Notes under the pieces: generated by a model
Told to the model about the DNA's origin: nothing
What the model saw: the letters and a program-made list of their open reading frames with translations, nothing else
The model's database searches: none
Assembly (NCBI RefSeq): GCF_000497125.1
Contig: NC_090603.1
Span: forward strand, 930,001 to 994,000
Reading direction: 5' to 3'
DNA: 64,000 nucleotides
Source of the DNA: Spironucleus salmonicida
Lineage: Eukaryota
Program-made: the position numbers and the translations under genes
Shown: positions 1 to 13,266 of the stretch, piece after piece
How the letters are laid out: each line of letters starts with the position of its first letter
How positions within the stretch are numbered: the stretch's first letter is position 1

Positions 1-630
1 CTGGTTGATTCACCAATAGGATTTAGGTGTCCAAAATGTGGGGTATAGAATCAAGAAGAATAAGAATCCGTCGTAACTATCAGCTAATCTCTTATTGACT
101 GCGATAAAGTTCCAGAATTTATCATTGTCAAGGCCAATCGTCTTATGTTTGACCCAGTGCTGTAATAGCCTTTTAAATTGAGAACAAGAATTACTAATTG
201 TGAATACTTTGATTTATCTAAGCTGGTTAACAGATAAGACGTTTAATAAAAGAACTAAATAGAATATCCTATCGATTAATTATTAGAATTAGGTATTGAC
301 GCTGACACTGCTTCATTAGCTATGATTCAATACAACGGAAATGTGGAACAAATAGCCAATGATTTCTTTAATGGAAATTTAAATATTTAACAGTAAGATC
401 AAGATATTACTGAAAAATTAGCACATGCCAAAGAGTTTGATCAGGAGTTAAATTATTAATTACAATGTGTTGTATTCCATTTAGGCGGTAGCTATGACCG
501 CGGTCATTATACAGCGCTTATTAGAAATGGCAATGGATGGATAGATTGCAACGACTAGGTATTTATTTAGAAAGACGAAATCGACGTCGATCTGAGCTAA
601 GGAATACTTTATTTTTACAAGAAAGTATGA
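1..630 (+). CDS. Ubiquitin C-terminal hydrolase (USP, Ubp14/USP5-like with UBA insert), 3' part only
   Basis: Frame 1 is open with TAR=Q. UBA-like PIDQLLELGIDADTASLAMIQYNGNVEQIAN, His box YQLQCVVFHLGGSYDRGHYTA...WIDCND, ends ILYFYKKV-TGA at 628-630. Confidence 0.85.
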
Positions 631-759
631 TGTAAGTGATAATTTTTACCTTTTACGATTATCTTTCTTGCTCGACTTTTAACATCCTTAAAAATTTTAA
701 ATCTCAAACTCTACTTATTATATATCTATTATTATATTTATTATTCCTTTCCTATAACA

Positions 760-1572
760 ATGTCGAAGCAGAATATGCAGAAGCTAGCAACGCTGGAGAA
801 AGTAAAGCTCCAGGCCAGCGAGATGTAGAAACAAATCTATCAAATTACAAACGAAATTCAGCATAAACGGTCAGAAAACGAGGAGCTTCCCGTAAAACTC
901 GAACGCGTCAACGCCCTGCACGCAGAGCTCCAGACATAAGTCGAGCAGCTACAGCAGAAGCAGTAAGCCGAACTTCCTGATGACATCCGAATCAAGCTCG
1001 AAAACGAGGAAAATGAGCTTGAAAAGCCGCGCGAAATTTTGCAGAAAATGAAACTCCAACGGAAGCAGTTCCAGACTCATTTGGCCGACTACAGCAAGGC
1101 AAATATCACTGCAAAATGCGAGAACGATGCACTCAAAAAGGAGCTCAAAACGAGCGAGAAGTCGGCCTCGGAGACCTTGAAAAAGTACCAAATTTTGATG
1201 CAAAATACAAAGGATATTCAACGCTATCAGAGCGATTTGGACAACTACCGCGAAACTATCGAGCTCTACAGATCTATGGGCGAAAAAATGACGCTGGATA
1301 TCATAAAAGATAGGATGGAAAATGCAACATAGCTGCTCGAAAAAGTCAGTGGTTGTCATGACATTTTGCTTGTTGACGTGAAAGATCGTTTAAAATGCTC
1401 CAAATTTGGCCAGTATCCGCACAGAAAAATCAACTATCTGGAGTAGTTTTTGGCCAAATAAGAATAGGTTTTGGCTGAGGTAAATGTAGATCTAGATGGA
1501 AAAGACAGTGAGTGCGCAGTTTGCTAACCAGTTTTGGGGAGCGTTGAAACGGTTGATTGCGCGTGTGGATGA
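760..1572 (+). CDS. Coiled-coil protein with short Cys-rich C-terminus (hypothetical, 270 aa)
   Basis: ATG 760 to TGA 1570-1572, open with TAR=Q. Q/E/K/L heptad-rich, ends CAVCQPVLGSVETVDCACG. Confidence 0.7.
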
Positions 1573-1736
1573 GCTGGTTTTTCACTTTATTTATGGTGAG
1601 GATAATCAAATAAGCTAGATAATTTTCGGTAATTTTTATTTAATTGATTGACTTATAATTGAATTTGGCAAAAATGAAGGACTTTTATAATAATAAACTA
1701 AGAAAAATATAGAGGTTCATATTTGATTTCAATTTG

Positions 1737-2522
1737 TCACTATTGAGATAGTTTTTATGATCTGCTGCGTCGGAGGAGCTTGATCTTGACTCCTGTATGT
1801 TAAGATGGACGTGGTGGCTCGTCGTGTACTACTGGGGAACTGCTACGTTTACCGATAAAAATCTTGGGCTTAATTAGGATATCGTTTTCCTGCTTGACCT
1901 CAGTTACCACAGAGGCAGTTGGAAGTACAGGTTAGACTGTGGTGGTTGGAAGGGTGATCGAATGTGGGCACTGGTCCGTGATAGGTTAAGAGAGACACTG
2001 AGCTAGTAGCTGTACACTGGCAACCACTTCGGCGAGCACGGTATCGTGCCGGTTCTGGGTGTAGGTCACGTTGAAGTCCCGGCCGCCGTCCTTGAGAATG
2101 CGGTTGCCGACCCCGTCGCCGAAGTACCGTAGGCAACGCTTGACGGCGTCCGACACCGCACCCTTCTGGGCGTGCTCGATCGCCTCGGAGAGCTAGCGAC
2201 GCTCGGCGTTTCCCTGACCGATGTCCTCATGGAAGCAACCGTTCTCGAGGGACACGCGGACAGTCGCGGAGAAGGACACGCGGAACTGGTCGCCGTCCTC
2301 CTTAAGGTAGTTCTGCTGGAGATTCTTGATCTCGGAGCTCCATGCGCAGGGCCCGAAGGCCTGGTTCGCCTGCTGGATGGCTAGCGACACCTCAAGATAT
2401 GGAATCTTTGTACCTCGTGGCCCCTGACGGTATGCTAGCTGCTGCTTGGTGAGCGGTGTGGAGAGAACCTTCAGTGTCCTCTCAAGCTGGTTGAGCTGAC
2501 GTGTGCCGAAGTTAGGCAGCAT
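1737..2522 (-). CDS. RAD52: Rad52/Rad22-family DNA annealing protein, copy A (261 aa)
   Basis: LAYRQGPRGTKIPYLE...ANQAFGPCAWSSEI...VRVSLENGCFHEDIGQG...AIEHAQKGAVSDAVKRCLRYFGDGVGN is the Rad52 N-terminal domain. S/T/P-rich tail; ends TAG-TGA. Confidence 0.92.
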
Positions 2523-2581
2523 GTAGATGGAGTAGAATTGGCACGCATTGGACACTATAGTATATATTTTCTAAATCCAGA

Positions 2582-4612
2582 ATGGGAGAGTTCAGTTCGA
2601 TATTCTAGATCACCTTAAAATCGTTCATCCGTCAACGCTACTTTGTGGTACAGTTCTTAATATCATTTAGCTTAGCGTTGCTGTATATTATCATATTCTC
2701 ATTGTTCGTATAGCCGCTATTACGCACTGTTTTCGATACAGATACAACAGAGGTTATGTAGAACTCGTCCCAGCTCCTACGGGGGAATTATGGCATTGTG
2801 TATTCTGATCCTAAATAACATTCTTTCACTGCCCTACACCCGAACGCAAACGTGCTCTCTGCTACTTCGACCTCTACTGACACTATTATCATTAGCATGA
2901 CATAGAGTTCGAGTCAGTATGGAATATCTCTGGATGATTTAGGTAGTATTGTGGTGACGAAGTAATAGAACCAAGTCATATTACCTGTGATTCAGGCGTT
3001 GAATCTTGACTTCCACAACATCCGCATTGGAAGGCTACCACACCAGTCGCTGAAGCTAGCACAGTCTTTAACCCCATTCTCTGCGCTCTTAACAATATTT
3101 TTTACCGTGCTAGACTATATGCTTACACTATTTCTAGACTAGTATCAAAAGTCTAAACTCGAAGGACGCACACAATTTATACTTCTTAATGGTGCTAGTA
3201 AGGCTAAATGGCACACTTACCACCTCGTACTTGTAGCTGGAGCAATGTTTGTTTTCATGTGCGTCATCATGACCATTCTATCAGTGATCGGTGCTCAGTT
3301 TGCACGTGTGAATGTACTTATATGGGCCATTGTAGGTTTATTATATTACTTTTAGAGCGGCGCCATTTTGCTCTTGTTAGGCAAGTATTCCCAAACAATT
3401 ACTGGCTACTACCAATTAGGGTAGTATGTTTCGTTATTACAGACTATATCGCTTATGGTGTTGATGTTTTAGAGTACCAAAATTAACTAAGGCTTGCTTG
3501 TACTTCTGCAGTTGATGCCATAAGTTGCCCTAAATAATGTCATATTAGCAATGTTTTATGCTGGGTACAACCATGATAACAAATCACTTGAGTTCATTTA
3601 TGAAAATTTCAACCTGTATTATACTATCATAATTTAACTCATAGAGATTGCAGTATTCCTTGCAATAGTCATTTTTACAGACCCAAGCACAGTACGTAGA
3701 GCTACGAACTAATGTGTTGCGGTCTCGGAGGAGGTTCTAGAATCATAGTTCTCGGATACTATCTTAAAGCATGTACGATTAGCGAATCAATAAGTTTAGG
3801 AGAACAACTTTTAAGATGGGATTCTAATTTACGGTGTATCAAAATCTTATGGCAATACCTTAGCAAATAAGGAAATTACCATGTAGATACGGAAGAATTC
3901 AATTTTTGGTCTTATAGGTGAGAATGGGTCCGGAAAAACTACACTCTGCAAATCGATTATTAGGGCACATAAAATAGATTTAGGGGAGATATTTGTAGAC
4001 GGCCAGAAATTAATAGATAGTAAGTGTACATTTGGAGTATGTTCATAGGAAAATAAATCACTATTTGATTTTCTAAATGCTGATGAGCACATTAAAATTT
4101 ACCGCAGTTTATTCAAAATCAAGATATAGTAACCGGATGGAATTGACCTTAACATCCCGTAGAACTAGAACACTTTAACCTTTTCTGGTGGGTAGAAGCG
4201 CTTGCTGTAACTCGAAATTGCTCTTGTAAATGACCCAGATTATTTGATCTTAGACGAGCCAACAGCTGGTATTGACCCTAAAGGGCGTAAAAAAATTTGG
4301 AACTATATTAAAAGCCTGTAGAAAACTATCATATGCACCTCCCATTTGCCAGATGAGCTGACGTACTTTGATGAGATTTGTTTGCTGAGTGGTGGTGAAG
4401 TGAAACTAATTGGTGATGTCGATTCTATCTGCGGGGGACTACTGTCCGTGGAGCGCGACGGTCAGTGTAGTATCCTTCGTGCAGAGCCAGAAGGCTTATT
4501 TTCCCAGCTGCTAGATGAGAAATAACGTGGTATTATAAAAGAATTTAGCCTGAAAAGTTGTGGTCTGGAGTGGGTACTTAGTCAATGTGAGGAAAAAAGC
4601 ATACTTGAGTGA
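2582..4612 (+). CDS. ABC transporter, ABCA-like half transporter (TMD+NBD, 676 aa), copy A
   Basis: N-terminal TM helix, extracellular loop, then several TM helices. Walker A GENGSGKT, signature FSGGQKR (Q=TAG), Walker [13 protein letters not shown]. Confidence 0.9.
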
Positions 4613-4627
4613 CAATATGTTCACTGT

Positions 4628-5749
4628 TCATGGTAGAAAAAGGTCGATCATGAACCCCTCATCAGAATCAATAGGTTCCATACCGTAGCATGCTATAAAG
4701 TACTCCAGATAGCTGCTGAACCCAAAGGAGTTTGTGGGAGTTTGGACTGCCTAAATAATATTCTGAACATTTTTCACCGTTTCTTCCCGTACTTCAAATG
4801 CAGGACCAGAGGCATCTAGCATTTACCATACTGTCGAAACCCCACTTGCCTTGAGGGATACTTCTGCTTCACGTTGTTGAAATTCATTGATTTACGAATC
4901 AAAAATGATTACTGATATTCTTGCTAGTCCTAAAATCTTTGCAACCGATACCGGTTTGGGCTCGCCAACCAGCAGTTGGCTTATATACAGTTGGTCATAG
5001 ACATTGAAGGCGCTATCAATGCTTTGACCCACAACTTGTGAATGTATATTGAGTAAAACCTCCACGGTTTCACCAACAATGCGCTTCAATAGATATGCAG
5101 TCTCTAAGGACAGTAGTGTTTGTCCCTCGTCCTGAGGCCTGAGCTAAATATACACCTGTGATACCTTTTACGTGCCTAGCTGTTTAGAATTAAAAGTGTT
5201 GAGCGCTTATCCAAAATACTAGACATTCTCATATGCTGTAAAGTTAGATGATATATCATTTAGATATACCATCAGCCCCGGCTTCTATCCGGGAAACTTC
5301 TCAAAGAACTTCCGCAGTGACTCCTGATACGGGATTTGGCTCCGTACCCAAGATGGAGAATCCCATTATACACAGCCCCCATAAACGAACAGAGAGTGAA
5401 ACTGGTGTTTCTCAACAAATTTTGACAAAATTTGGATTTATTTTGGGTCTGTTAGAAGGGACCTATACGCTGGCTATCCTGCAATAATGGAGTTTGATGA
5501 TGGTGACCAGGCCGTTAGAAATTTTTTAGCATTACGGTATCCAAAATATTCGTTATCGTCAACTAAAGATTCCGTAGGGATTTTAACCCTGCGTATATGT
5601 TTAGCAATAAATACTGAGCCAACTACAACGCCGACTCCAATTAGAGTAGCTAACAATAGTATGAGTCCTATAAATACGGATTTCTTCTGCTTTACCATCG
5701 AAATCTCATTATATCGTTTTATTTGCGGCTTGGAGTTTGTTGATAGCAT
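4628..5749 (-). CDS. Single-pass (type II-like) membrane protein, hypothetical, 373 aa, copy A
   Basis: Open frame with TAR=Q. TM segment VFIGLILLLATLIGVGVVVGSVFIA after a basic N-terminus, followed by an alpha/beta globular domain. Confidence 0.75.
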
Positions 5750-5779
5750 TTAAATAGTTATAAGTCTACACTCTACGAA

Positions 5780-6565
5780 ATGGAGAACCTTTCGGTATTC
5801 CTGGCATACATTAGTGCAGGACTCAAAGAGCATATAATGAATACTAATAGATTACTTTCCATAATTTCCTTACACCAGGTGCGATAAAGGACCCAAAAAC
5901 ATATTCGAGATGTTCGCCATACAATAGAAAATATTAAAATTCCTGAGATAACCCAAGGTTTTTTAACCACATCTGATAACAAAATATCACTTGAGCATTC
6001 TCTGTTTAACACATCATTTGCAGATGTTGCAGGACCACTAATACTAAACAGCACGCCTTCTGGGCTTACTGAGGAGATTATAAGAGCAGATCTTCAAAGT
6101 ACAAGCCAAGAGGAACCTTAGATAGCATAATATTAAAAATATCATCTATAAAATGATATCCATTTTAAAATATTGTTAGAATACCGACCACATCCAACAA
6201 ATTTAGATATCCATAGCATTATCGCAGAGATTTCGCCTAATTAACCGTTAGCTGATTGGATGGACATAATAATAAAAATTTAAGAACCACTCACGCTAAT
6301 GTCTAATGACGAGCTAGTGATAAGAGCAGTCTCTGAAAATTTGTAAGAATCTAGTATGCATCTTGTAGATCTTAATAGCGGGATGAATGTGATGTAGCAG
6401 AGCTTAGAGATAACAAGTCTATAGATTAACACGACATTTAGGTAGCAGGCGTAAATCGATCACACGGTCAAGATCTTTGAAAAGCTCATGCGGTAGTATT
6501 AAAATCGGCAGATTAATTTAATACAATTACCAGATGGCGATATATAAATAATAACATATGAATGA
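5780..6565 (+). CDS. Hypothetical protein, 261 aa, copy A
   Basis: ATG 5780 to TGA 6563-6565, open with TAR=Q. Divergent from the 5749 gene with a 30-nt gap; the C-terminus runs out of the repeat arm. Confidence 0.7.
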
Positions 6566-6608
6566 AGATGTGATAACATAAATAAAAATAAATCTATATT
6601 TTAATTAT

Positions 6609-7280
6609 TCAGTCACTTTCGCTTTATTTCTTTGAGTCATAGCTAGTATCTATAGCTACTCCTACTTAAACTCCATTACCTGCTTTAATATCGTCGAGTG
6701 TTAAATTCTACCAAATATGCATATGCATAATAGAGGTTTTGATGCTTGAAGTGTGCTGCTTTTTACCAAAATATAAAGCAATTTTTGACAGGGTTGGCCC
6801 CATAAAAAACTCAAATTTTAATGTCGTTAACTTATGTATATAACAGAACTCAGTACTGCCATCAGAAAGATCAACATATTACGTTTTCACTTTCTTCTTA
6901 TTTTTTTCCATAAGATTCATATATTTTTAGGGAATATTTTCAGAGCCAGAAACTTCTGTATAAATATCAAAATAGCCTTACTCTGGATATTCAATAGAAC
7001 TCATCCTAGTATATAAGCTACTATCTGATTAAACAGAAGAGCAATCTAAAATAAGCACTGAGTGAGGAGTAATTTTTGAAATTCCTTTTGGGACATTTTT
7101 GGTTAAATTAAGCTTAATTTTAATTTTGTCAACTAAAAAACCATCAAGTGTCTCTTATTATAAAGATATCAGTTATGCTGTCTCCTTATCGTATGCTTTT
7201 TATGAAGACCAGAATGAATAATAGTTCATCTTTGCAAAGTCTTACTCCAGGAATGGTACTTTATATGTTTAAACGAACAT
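6609..7280 (-). CDS. Phosphatidylinositol transfer protein (PITP, START-like family)-like, 223 aa
   Basis: MFVQTYKVPF, NLTKNVPKGISKITPHSVL, FCYIHKLTTLKFEF and WQNLTLDDIK follow the order of PITP motifs (EYRIPLP, SKVPAW, MCAYKLVTVEF, WYGLTMEDIR). Confidence 0.65.
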
Positions 7281-7431
7281 TTAGCAACAGAATCAGTATA
7301 ACACCTAAATTATATATAACTATTAATTACAGAAATATGAATTCTTTTATAAATAAATATTATAATATAATTAATGTAATTTTATAAATAGTAATAATTT
7401 ATATGGATATATATAAATAATTTATAGTAAA

Positions 7432-8199
7432 ATGAAATGCTTAGCTAAAAAATAAAAAATTTAAAAGCCATTTTCTGTCTAATCTAACATAATTGGAACT
7501 GAAGCAGTTGTAATTACTCTACTTAACAATGAAAATACTTAGAATATTATTTTTGACTAAGCATCTAACTAATAAATGTTAATCCGCTCTCCTATTCCAT
7601 AAGAAAATATATAATCTAATACTGCGTATCTACTGCCATATTCTTAACGTAAAACAATAGTTTTAGATCTAGACGAAACTCTCATTCACTCTGAATTTGA
7701 TTTTACTAATAATGTTGATAAAATAGTTAAAATTATGATTAACAATGACACTGCAGATTTGCAAGTTGATTTTAATCTTAACTATATACCTATCTATTTA
7801 TAAATTCGAACTGGTGCTGCTGATTTTATTTAAACATTATCAGAATACTATGATGTTATTCTTTGGACTGCTAGTCCTAAAAGCTATGCTGATGCATTAA
7901 TGCAAGAAATTGATAAAAGATAGTTGGTAAAGTATAGATTATATAGAAATGACTGCAGTATTACAGATAGGGGAATGTTGTATAAAGATTTATCTAGATT
8001 AGGTAGAAATTTAGAAAATGTCGCTATAGTTGATAATTCAAGATAATCATTTGCAAAACATCCAGATAATGGTATACTTATTTAAGATTTTTATGGTAAA
8101 TAAGATAATCTATTATTTGAATTAGGTAAAGAGCTTGTAAGAATTTAAAAATTTAATAATCTAATCGATAATATACCTAAAAAGTGGGGTGATGTTTGA
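7432..8199 (+). CDS. NIF/FCP1-SCP family HAD phosphatase (CTD small phosphatase-like), 255 aa
   Basis: KTIVLDLDETLIHS, RTGAADFI, ILWTASPKSYAD, YRLYRNDC, KDLSRLGRNLENVAIVDNS, HPDNGILI. Confidence 0.92.
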
Positions 8200-8528
8200 T
8201 TTATAATTTATAATTTATAATTTTTATTTGCAAGTAAATGAAACTCATAATTTATTTGAGCATTTAACCTCAAAAACAGAGTTTTCCATAATTAATATTA
8301 CATATTGTTTATACTTTGTATAATGGTTCCACCTTCTTCCATTTTTGTTATAATTATACTTCTTCAACTTAAGCTATAACATTCATTTTGATTCAGTAAG
8401 TAATATCATAATGTAATAAGCGCCTTATTACATAAAAAATTATAGATTATAGGTTATACATAAATTATAAAATATTCAATTGTACTTATTTATGTGATAC
8501 ATAAATATTGAAATATATGGTGCTTAAT

Positions 8529-9308
8529 TCAATCGTTAAAATTTTTTACTGGCCATTTTATATTTATTAAATTTATCTGCTGATTTTAATACTACCGCAT
8601 GAGCTTTTCAAAGATCTTGACCGTGTGATCGATTTACGCCTGCTACCTAAATGTCGTGTTAATCTATAGACTTGTTATCTCTAAGCTCTGCTACATCACA
8701 TTCATCCCGCTATTAAGATCTACAAGATGCATACTAGATTCTTACAAATTTTCAGAGACTGCTCTTATCACTAGCTCGTCATTAGACATTAGCGTGAGTG
8801 GTTCTTAAATTTTTATTATTATGTCCATCCAATCAGCTAACGGTTAATTAGGCGAAATCTCTGCGATAATGCTATGGATATCTAAATTTGTTGGATGTGG
8901 TCGGTATTCTAACAATATTTTAAAATGGATATCATTTTATAGATGATATTTTTAATATTATGCTATCTAAGGTTCCTCTTGGCTTGTACTTTGAAGATCT
9001 GCTCTTATAATCTCCTCAGTAAGCCCAGAAGGCGTGCTGTTTAGTATTAGTGGTCCTGCAACATCTGCAAATGATGTGTTAAACAGAGAATGCTCAAGTG
9101 ATATTTTGTTATCAGATGTGGTTAAAAAACCTTGGGTTATCTCAGGAATTTTAATATTTTCTATTGTATGGCGAACATCTCGAATATGTTTTTGGGTCCT
9201 TTATCGCACCTGGTGTAAGGAAATTATGGAAAGTAATCTATTAGTATTCATTATATGCTCTTTGAGTCCTGCACTAATGTATGCCAGGAATACCGAAAGG
9301 TTCTCCAT
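8529..9308 (-). CDS. Hypothetical protein, copy B of 5780-6565 with a different C-terminal tail
   Basis: Mirror of the 5780 gene. Ends QQINLINIKWPVKNFND-TGA versus RQINLIQLPDGDIQIITYE-TGA in copy A. Confidence 0.68.
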
Positions 9309-9338
9309 TTCGTAGAGTGTAGACTTATAACTATTTAA

Positions 9339-10460
9339 ATGCTATCAACAAACTCCAAGCCGCAAATAAAACGATATAATGAGATTTCGATGGTAAAGCA
9401 GAAGAAATCCGTATTTATAGGACTCATACTATTGTTAGCTACTCTAATTGGAGTCGGCGTTGTAGTTGGCTCAGTATTTATTGCTAAACATATACGCAGG
9501 GTTAAAATCCCTACGGAATCTTTAGTTGACGATAACGAATATTTTGGATACCGTAATGCTAAAAAATTTCTAACGGCCTGGTCACCATCATCAAACTCCA
9601 TTATTGCAGGATAGCCAGCGTATAGGTCCCTTCTAACAGACCCAAAATAAATCCAAATTTTGTCAAAATTTGTTGAGAAACACCAGTTTCACTCTCTGTT
9701 CGTTTATGGGGGCTGTGTATAATGGGATTCTCCATCTTGGGTACGGAGCCAAATCCCGTATCAGGAGTCACTGCGGAAGTTCTTTGAGAAGTTTCCCGGA
9801 TAGAAGCCGGGGCTGATGGTATATCTAAATGATATATCATCTAACTTTACAGCATATGAGAATGTCTAGTATTTTGGATAAGCGCTCAACACTTTTAATT
9901 CTAAACAGCTAGGCACGTAAAAGGTATCACAGGTGTATATTTAGCTCAGGCCTCAGGACGAGGGACAAACACTACTGTCCTTAGAGACTGCATATCTATT
10001 GAAGCGCATTGTTGGTGAAACCGTGGAGGTTTTACTCAATATACATTCACAAGTTGTGGGTCAAAGCATTGATAGCGCCTTCAATGTCTATGACCAACTG
10101 TATATAAGCCAACTGCTGGTTGGCGAGCCCAAACCGGTATCGGTTGCAAAGATTTTAGGACTAGCAAGAATATCAGTAATCATTTTTGATTCGTAAATCA
10201 ATGAATTTCAACAACGTGAAGCAGAAGTATCCCTCAAGGCAAGTGGGGTTTCGACAGTATGGTAAATGCTAGATGCCTCTGGTCCTGCATTTGAAGTACG
10301 GGAAGAAACGGTGAAAAATGTTCAGAATATTATTTAGGCAGTCCAAACTCCCACAAACTCCTTTGGGTTCAGCAGCTATCTGGAGTACTTTATAGCATGC
10401 TACGGTATGGAACCTATTGATTCTGATGAGGGGTTCATGATCGACCTTTTTCTACCATGA
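9339..10460 (+). CDS. Single-pass membrane protein, hypothetical, copy B
   Basis: Mirror of 4628-5749; TGA at 10458-10460. Confidence 0.75.
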
Positions 10461-10475
10461 ACAGTGAACATATTG

Positions 10476-12506
10476 TCACTCAAGTATGCTTTTTTCCTCA
10501 CATTGACTAAGTACCCACTCCAGACCACAACTTTTCAGGCTAAATTCTTTTATAATACCACGTTATTTCTCATCTAGCAGCTGGGAAAATAAGCCTTCTG
10601 GCTCTGCACGAAGGATACTACACTGACCGTCGCGCTCCACGGACAGTAGTCCCCCGCAGATAGAATCGACATCACCAATTAGTTTCACTTCACCACCACT
10701 CAGCAAACAAATCTCATCAAAGTACGTCAGCTCATCTGGCAAATGGGAGGTGCATATGATAGTTTTCTACAGGCTTTTAATATAGTTCCAAATTTTTTTA
10801 CGCCCTTTAGGGTCAATACCAGCTGTTGGCTCGTCTAAGATCAAATAATCTGGGTCATTTACAAGAGCAATTTCGAGTTACAGCAAGCGCTTCTACCCAC
10901 CAGAAAAGGTTAAAGTGTTCTAGTTCTACGGGATGTTAAGGTCAATTCCATCCGGTTACTATATCTTGATTTTGAATAAACTGCGGTAAATTTTAATGTG
11001 CTCATCAGCATTTAGAAAATCAAATAGTGATTTATTTTCCTATGAACATACTCCAAATGTACACTTACTATCTATTAATTTCTGGCCGTCTACAAATATC
11101 TCCCCTAAATCTATTTTATGTGCCCTAATAATCGATTTGCAGAGTGTAGTTTTTCCGGACCCATTCTCACCTATAAGACCAAAAATTGAATTCTTCCGTA
11201 TCTACATGGTAATTTCCTTATTTGCTAAGGTATTGCCATAAGATTTTGATACACCGTAAATTAGAATCCCATCTTAAAAGTTGTTCTCCTAAACTTATTG
11301 ATTCGCTAATCGTACATGCTTTAAGATAGTATCCGAGAACTATGATTCTAGAACCTCCTCCGAGACCGCAACACATTAGTTCGTAGCTCTACGTACTGTG
11401 CTTGGGTCTGTAAAAATGACTATTGCAAGGAATACTGCAATCTCTATGAGTTAAATTATGATAGTATAATACAGGTTGAAATTTTCATAAATGAACTCAA
11501 GTGATTTGTTATCATGGTTGTACCCAGCATAAAACATTGCTAATATGACATTATTTAGGGCAACTTATGGCATCAACTGCAGAAGTACAAGCAAGCCTTA
11601 GTTAATTTTGGTACTCTAAAACATCAACACCATAAGCGATATAGTCTGTAATAACGAAACATACTACCCTAATTGGTAGTAGCCAGTAATTGTTTGGGAA
11701 TACTTGCCTAACAAGAGCAAAATGGCGCCGCTCTAAAAGTAATATAATAAACCTACAATGGCCCATATAAGTACATTCACACGTGCAAACTGAGCACCGA
11801 TCACTGATAGAATGGTCATGATGACGCACATGAAAACAAACATTGCTCCAGCTACAAGTACGAGGTGGTAAGTGTGCCATTTAGCCTTACTAGCACCATT
11901 AAGAAGTATAAATTGTGTGCGTCCTTCGAGTTTAGACTTTTGATACTAGTCTAGAAATAGTGTAAGCATATAGTCTAGCACGGTAAAAAATATTGTTAAG
12001 AGCGCAGAGAATGGGGTTAAAGACTGTGCTAGCTTCAGCGACTGGTGTGGTAGCCTTCCAATGCGGATGTTGTGGAAGTCAAGATTCAACGCCTGAATCA
12101 CAGGTAATATGACTTGGTTCTATTACTTCGTCACCACAATACTACCTAAATCATCCAGAGATATTCCATACTGACTCGAACTCTATGTCATGCTAATGAT
12201 AATAGTGTCAGTAGAGGTCGAAGTAGCAGAGAGCACGTTTGCGTTCGGGTGTAGGGCAGTGAAAGAATGTTATTTAGGATCAGAATACACAATGCCATAA
12301 TTCCCCCGTAGGAGCTGGGACGAGTTCTACATAACCTCTGTTGTATCTGTATCGAAAACAGTGCGTAATAGCGGCTATACGAACAATGAGAATATGATAA
12401 TATACAGCAACGCTAAGCTAAATGATATTAAGAACTGTACCACAAAGTAGCGTTGACGGATGAACGATTTTAAGGTGATCTAGAATATCGAACTGAACTC
12501 TCCCAT
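10476..12506 (-). CDS. ABCA-like half transporter, copy B
   Basis: Mirror of 2582-4612. Confidence 0.9.
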
Positions 12507-12565
12507 TCTGGATTTAGAAAATATATACTATAGTGTCCAATGCGTGCCAATTCTACTCCATCTAC

Positions 12566-13252
12566 ATGCTGCCTAACTTCGGCACACGTCAGCTCAACCA
12601 GCTTGAGAGGACACTGAAGGTTCTCTCCACACCGCTCACCAAGCAGCAGCTAGCATACCGTCAGGGGCCACGAGGTACAAAGATTCCATATCTTGAGGTG
12701 TCGCTAGCCATCCAGCAGGCGAACCAGGCCTTCGGGCCCTGCGCATGGAGCTCCGAGATCAAGAATCTCCAGCAGAACTACCTTAAGGAGGACGGCGACC
12801 AGTTCCGCGTGTCCTTCTCCGCGACTGTCCGCGTGTCCCTCGAGAACGGTTGCTTCCATGAGGACATCGGTCAGGGAAACGCCGAGCGTCGCTAGCTCTC
12901 CGAGGCGATCGAGCACGCCCAGAAGGGTGCGGTGTCGGACGCCGTCAAGCGTTGCCTACGGTACTTCGGCGACGGGGTCGGCAACCGCATTCTCAAGGAC
13001 GGCGGCCGGGACTTCAACGTACCTACACCCAGAACCGGCACGATACCATGCATCTCCTTGTCAAACCACTGGTAGATCTAGCTACGAATTTACTTTCTCT
13101 TAAAACCCACTAGATCTAACCCATGCCCCCATTTGCCTCGTTCTAGAGAACATCAGAATCAATCAAAACAGACACCTCCCCGCAAGACACTATATCGCCA
13201 CAGGCAGGCTATAGAGACCTCCTCACCTATCCTTCCTTTAAAAACTCAGTGA
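12566..13252 (+). CDS. RAD52: Rad52/Rad22-family protein, copy B (228 aa, alternative C-terminus)
   Basis: Same Rad52 domain as copy A. One nt is missing at ~13020 relative to copy A, then an unrelated tail runs to CAG-TGA at 13250-13252. Confidence 0.85.
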
Positions 13253-13266
13253 ACTATTATATCATT

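Larger units (their letters stand above)
2040..6523. repeat. Inverted repeat 1, left arm (~4.5 kb)
   Basis: Reverse complement of 8565-13047; mirrored ORF coordinates sum to 15088. Identical wherever compared, except a 1-nt indel near the outer end and scattered mismatches in the innermost ~17 nt. Confidence 0.97.
8565..13047. repeat. Inverted repeat 1, right arm
   Basis: Reverse complement of 2040-6523. Confidence 0.97.

Noticed and set aside
1737-2522. Rad52-like ORF as a phage Sak/ERF recombinase (prophage)
   Set aside because: It has eukaryotic Rad52 motifs, uses TAG=Gln, and has no viral neighbours.
8200-8460. Short minus-strand ORFs in the IR1 spacer
   Set aside because: They are short, have no motif, and are expected by chance with a single stop codon.
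2040-13047. Inverted arms as a composite transposon or terminal inverted repeats
   Set aside because: The arms contain ordinary cellular genes, the edges fall inside ORFs, and I found no transposase, integrase or target-site duplication.
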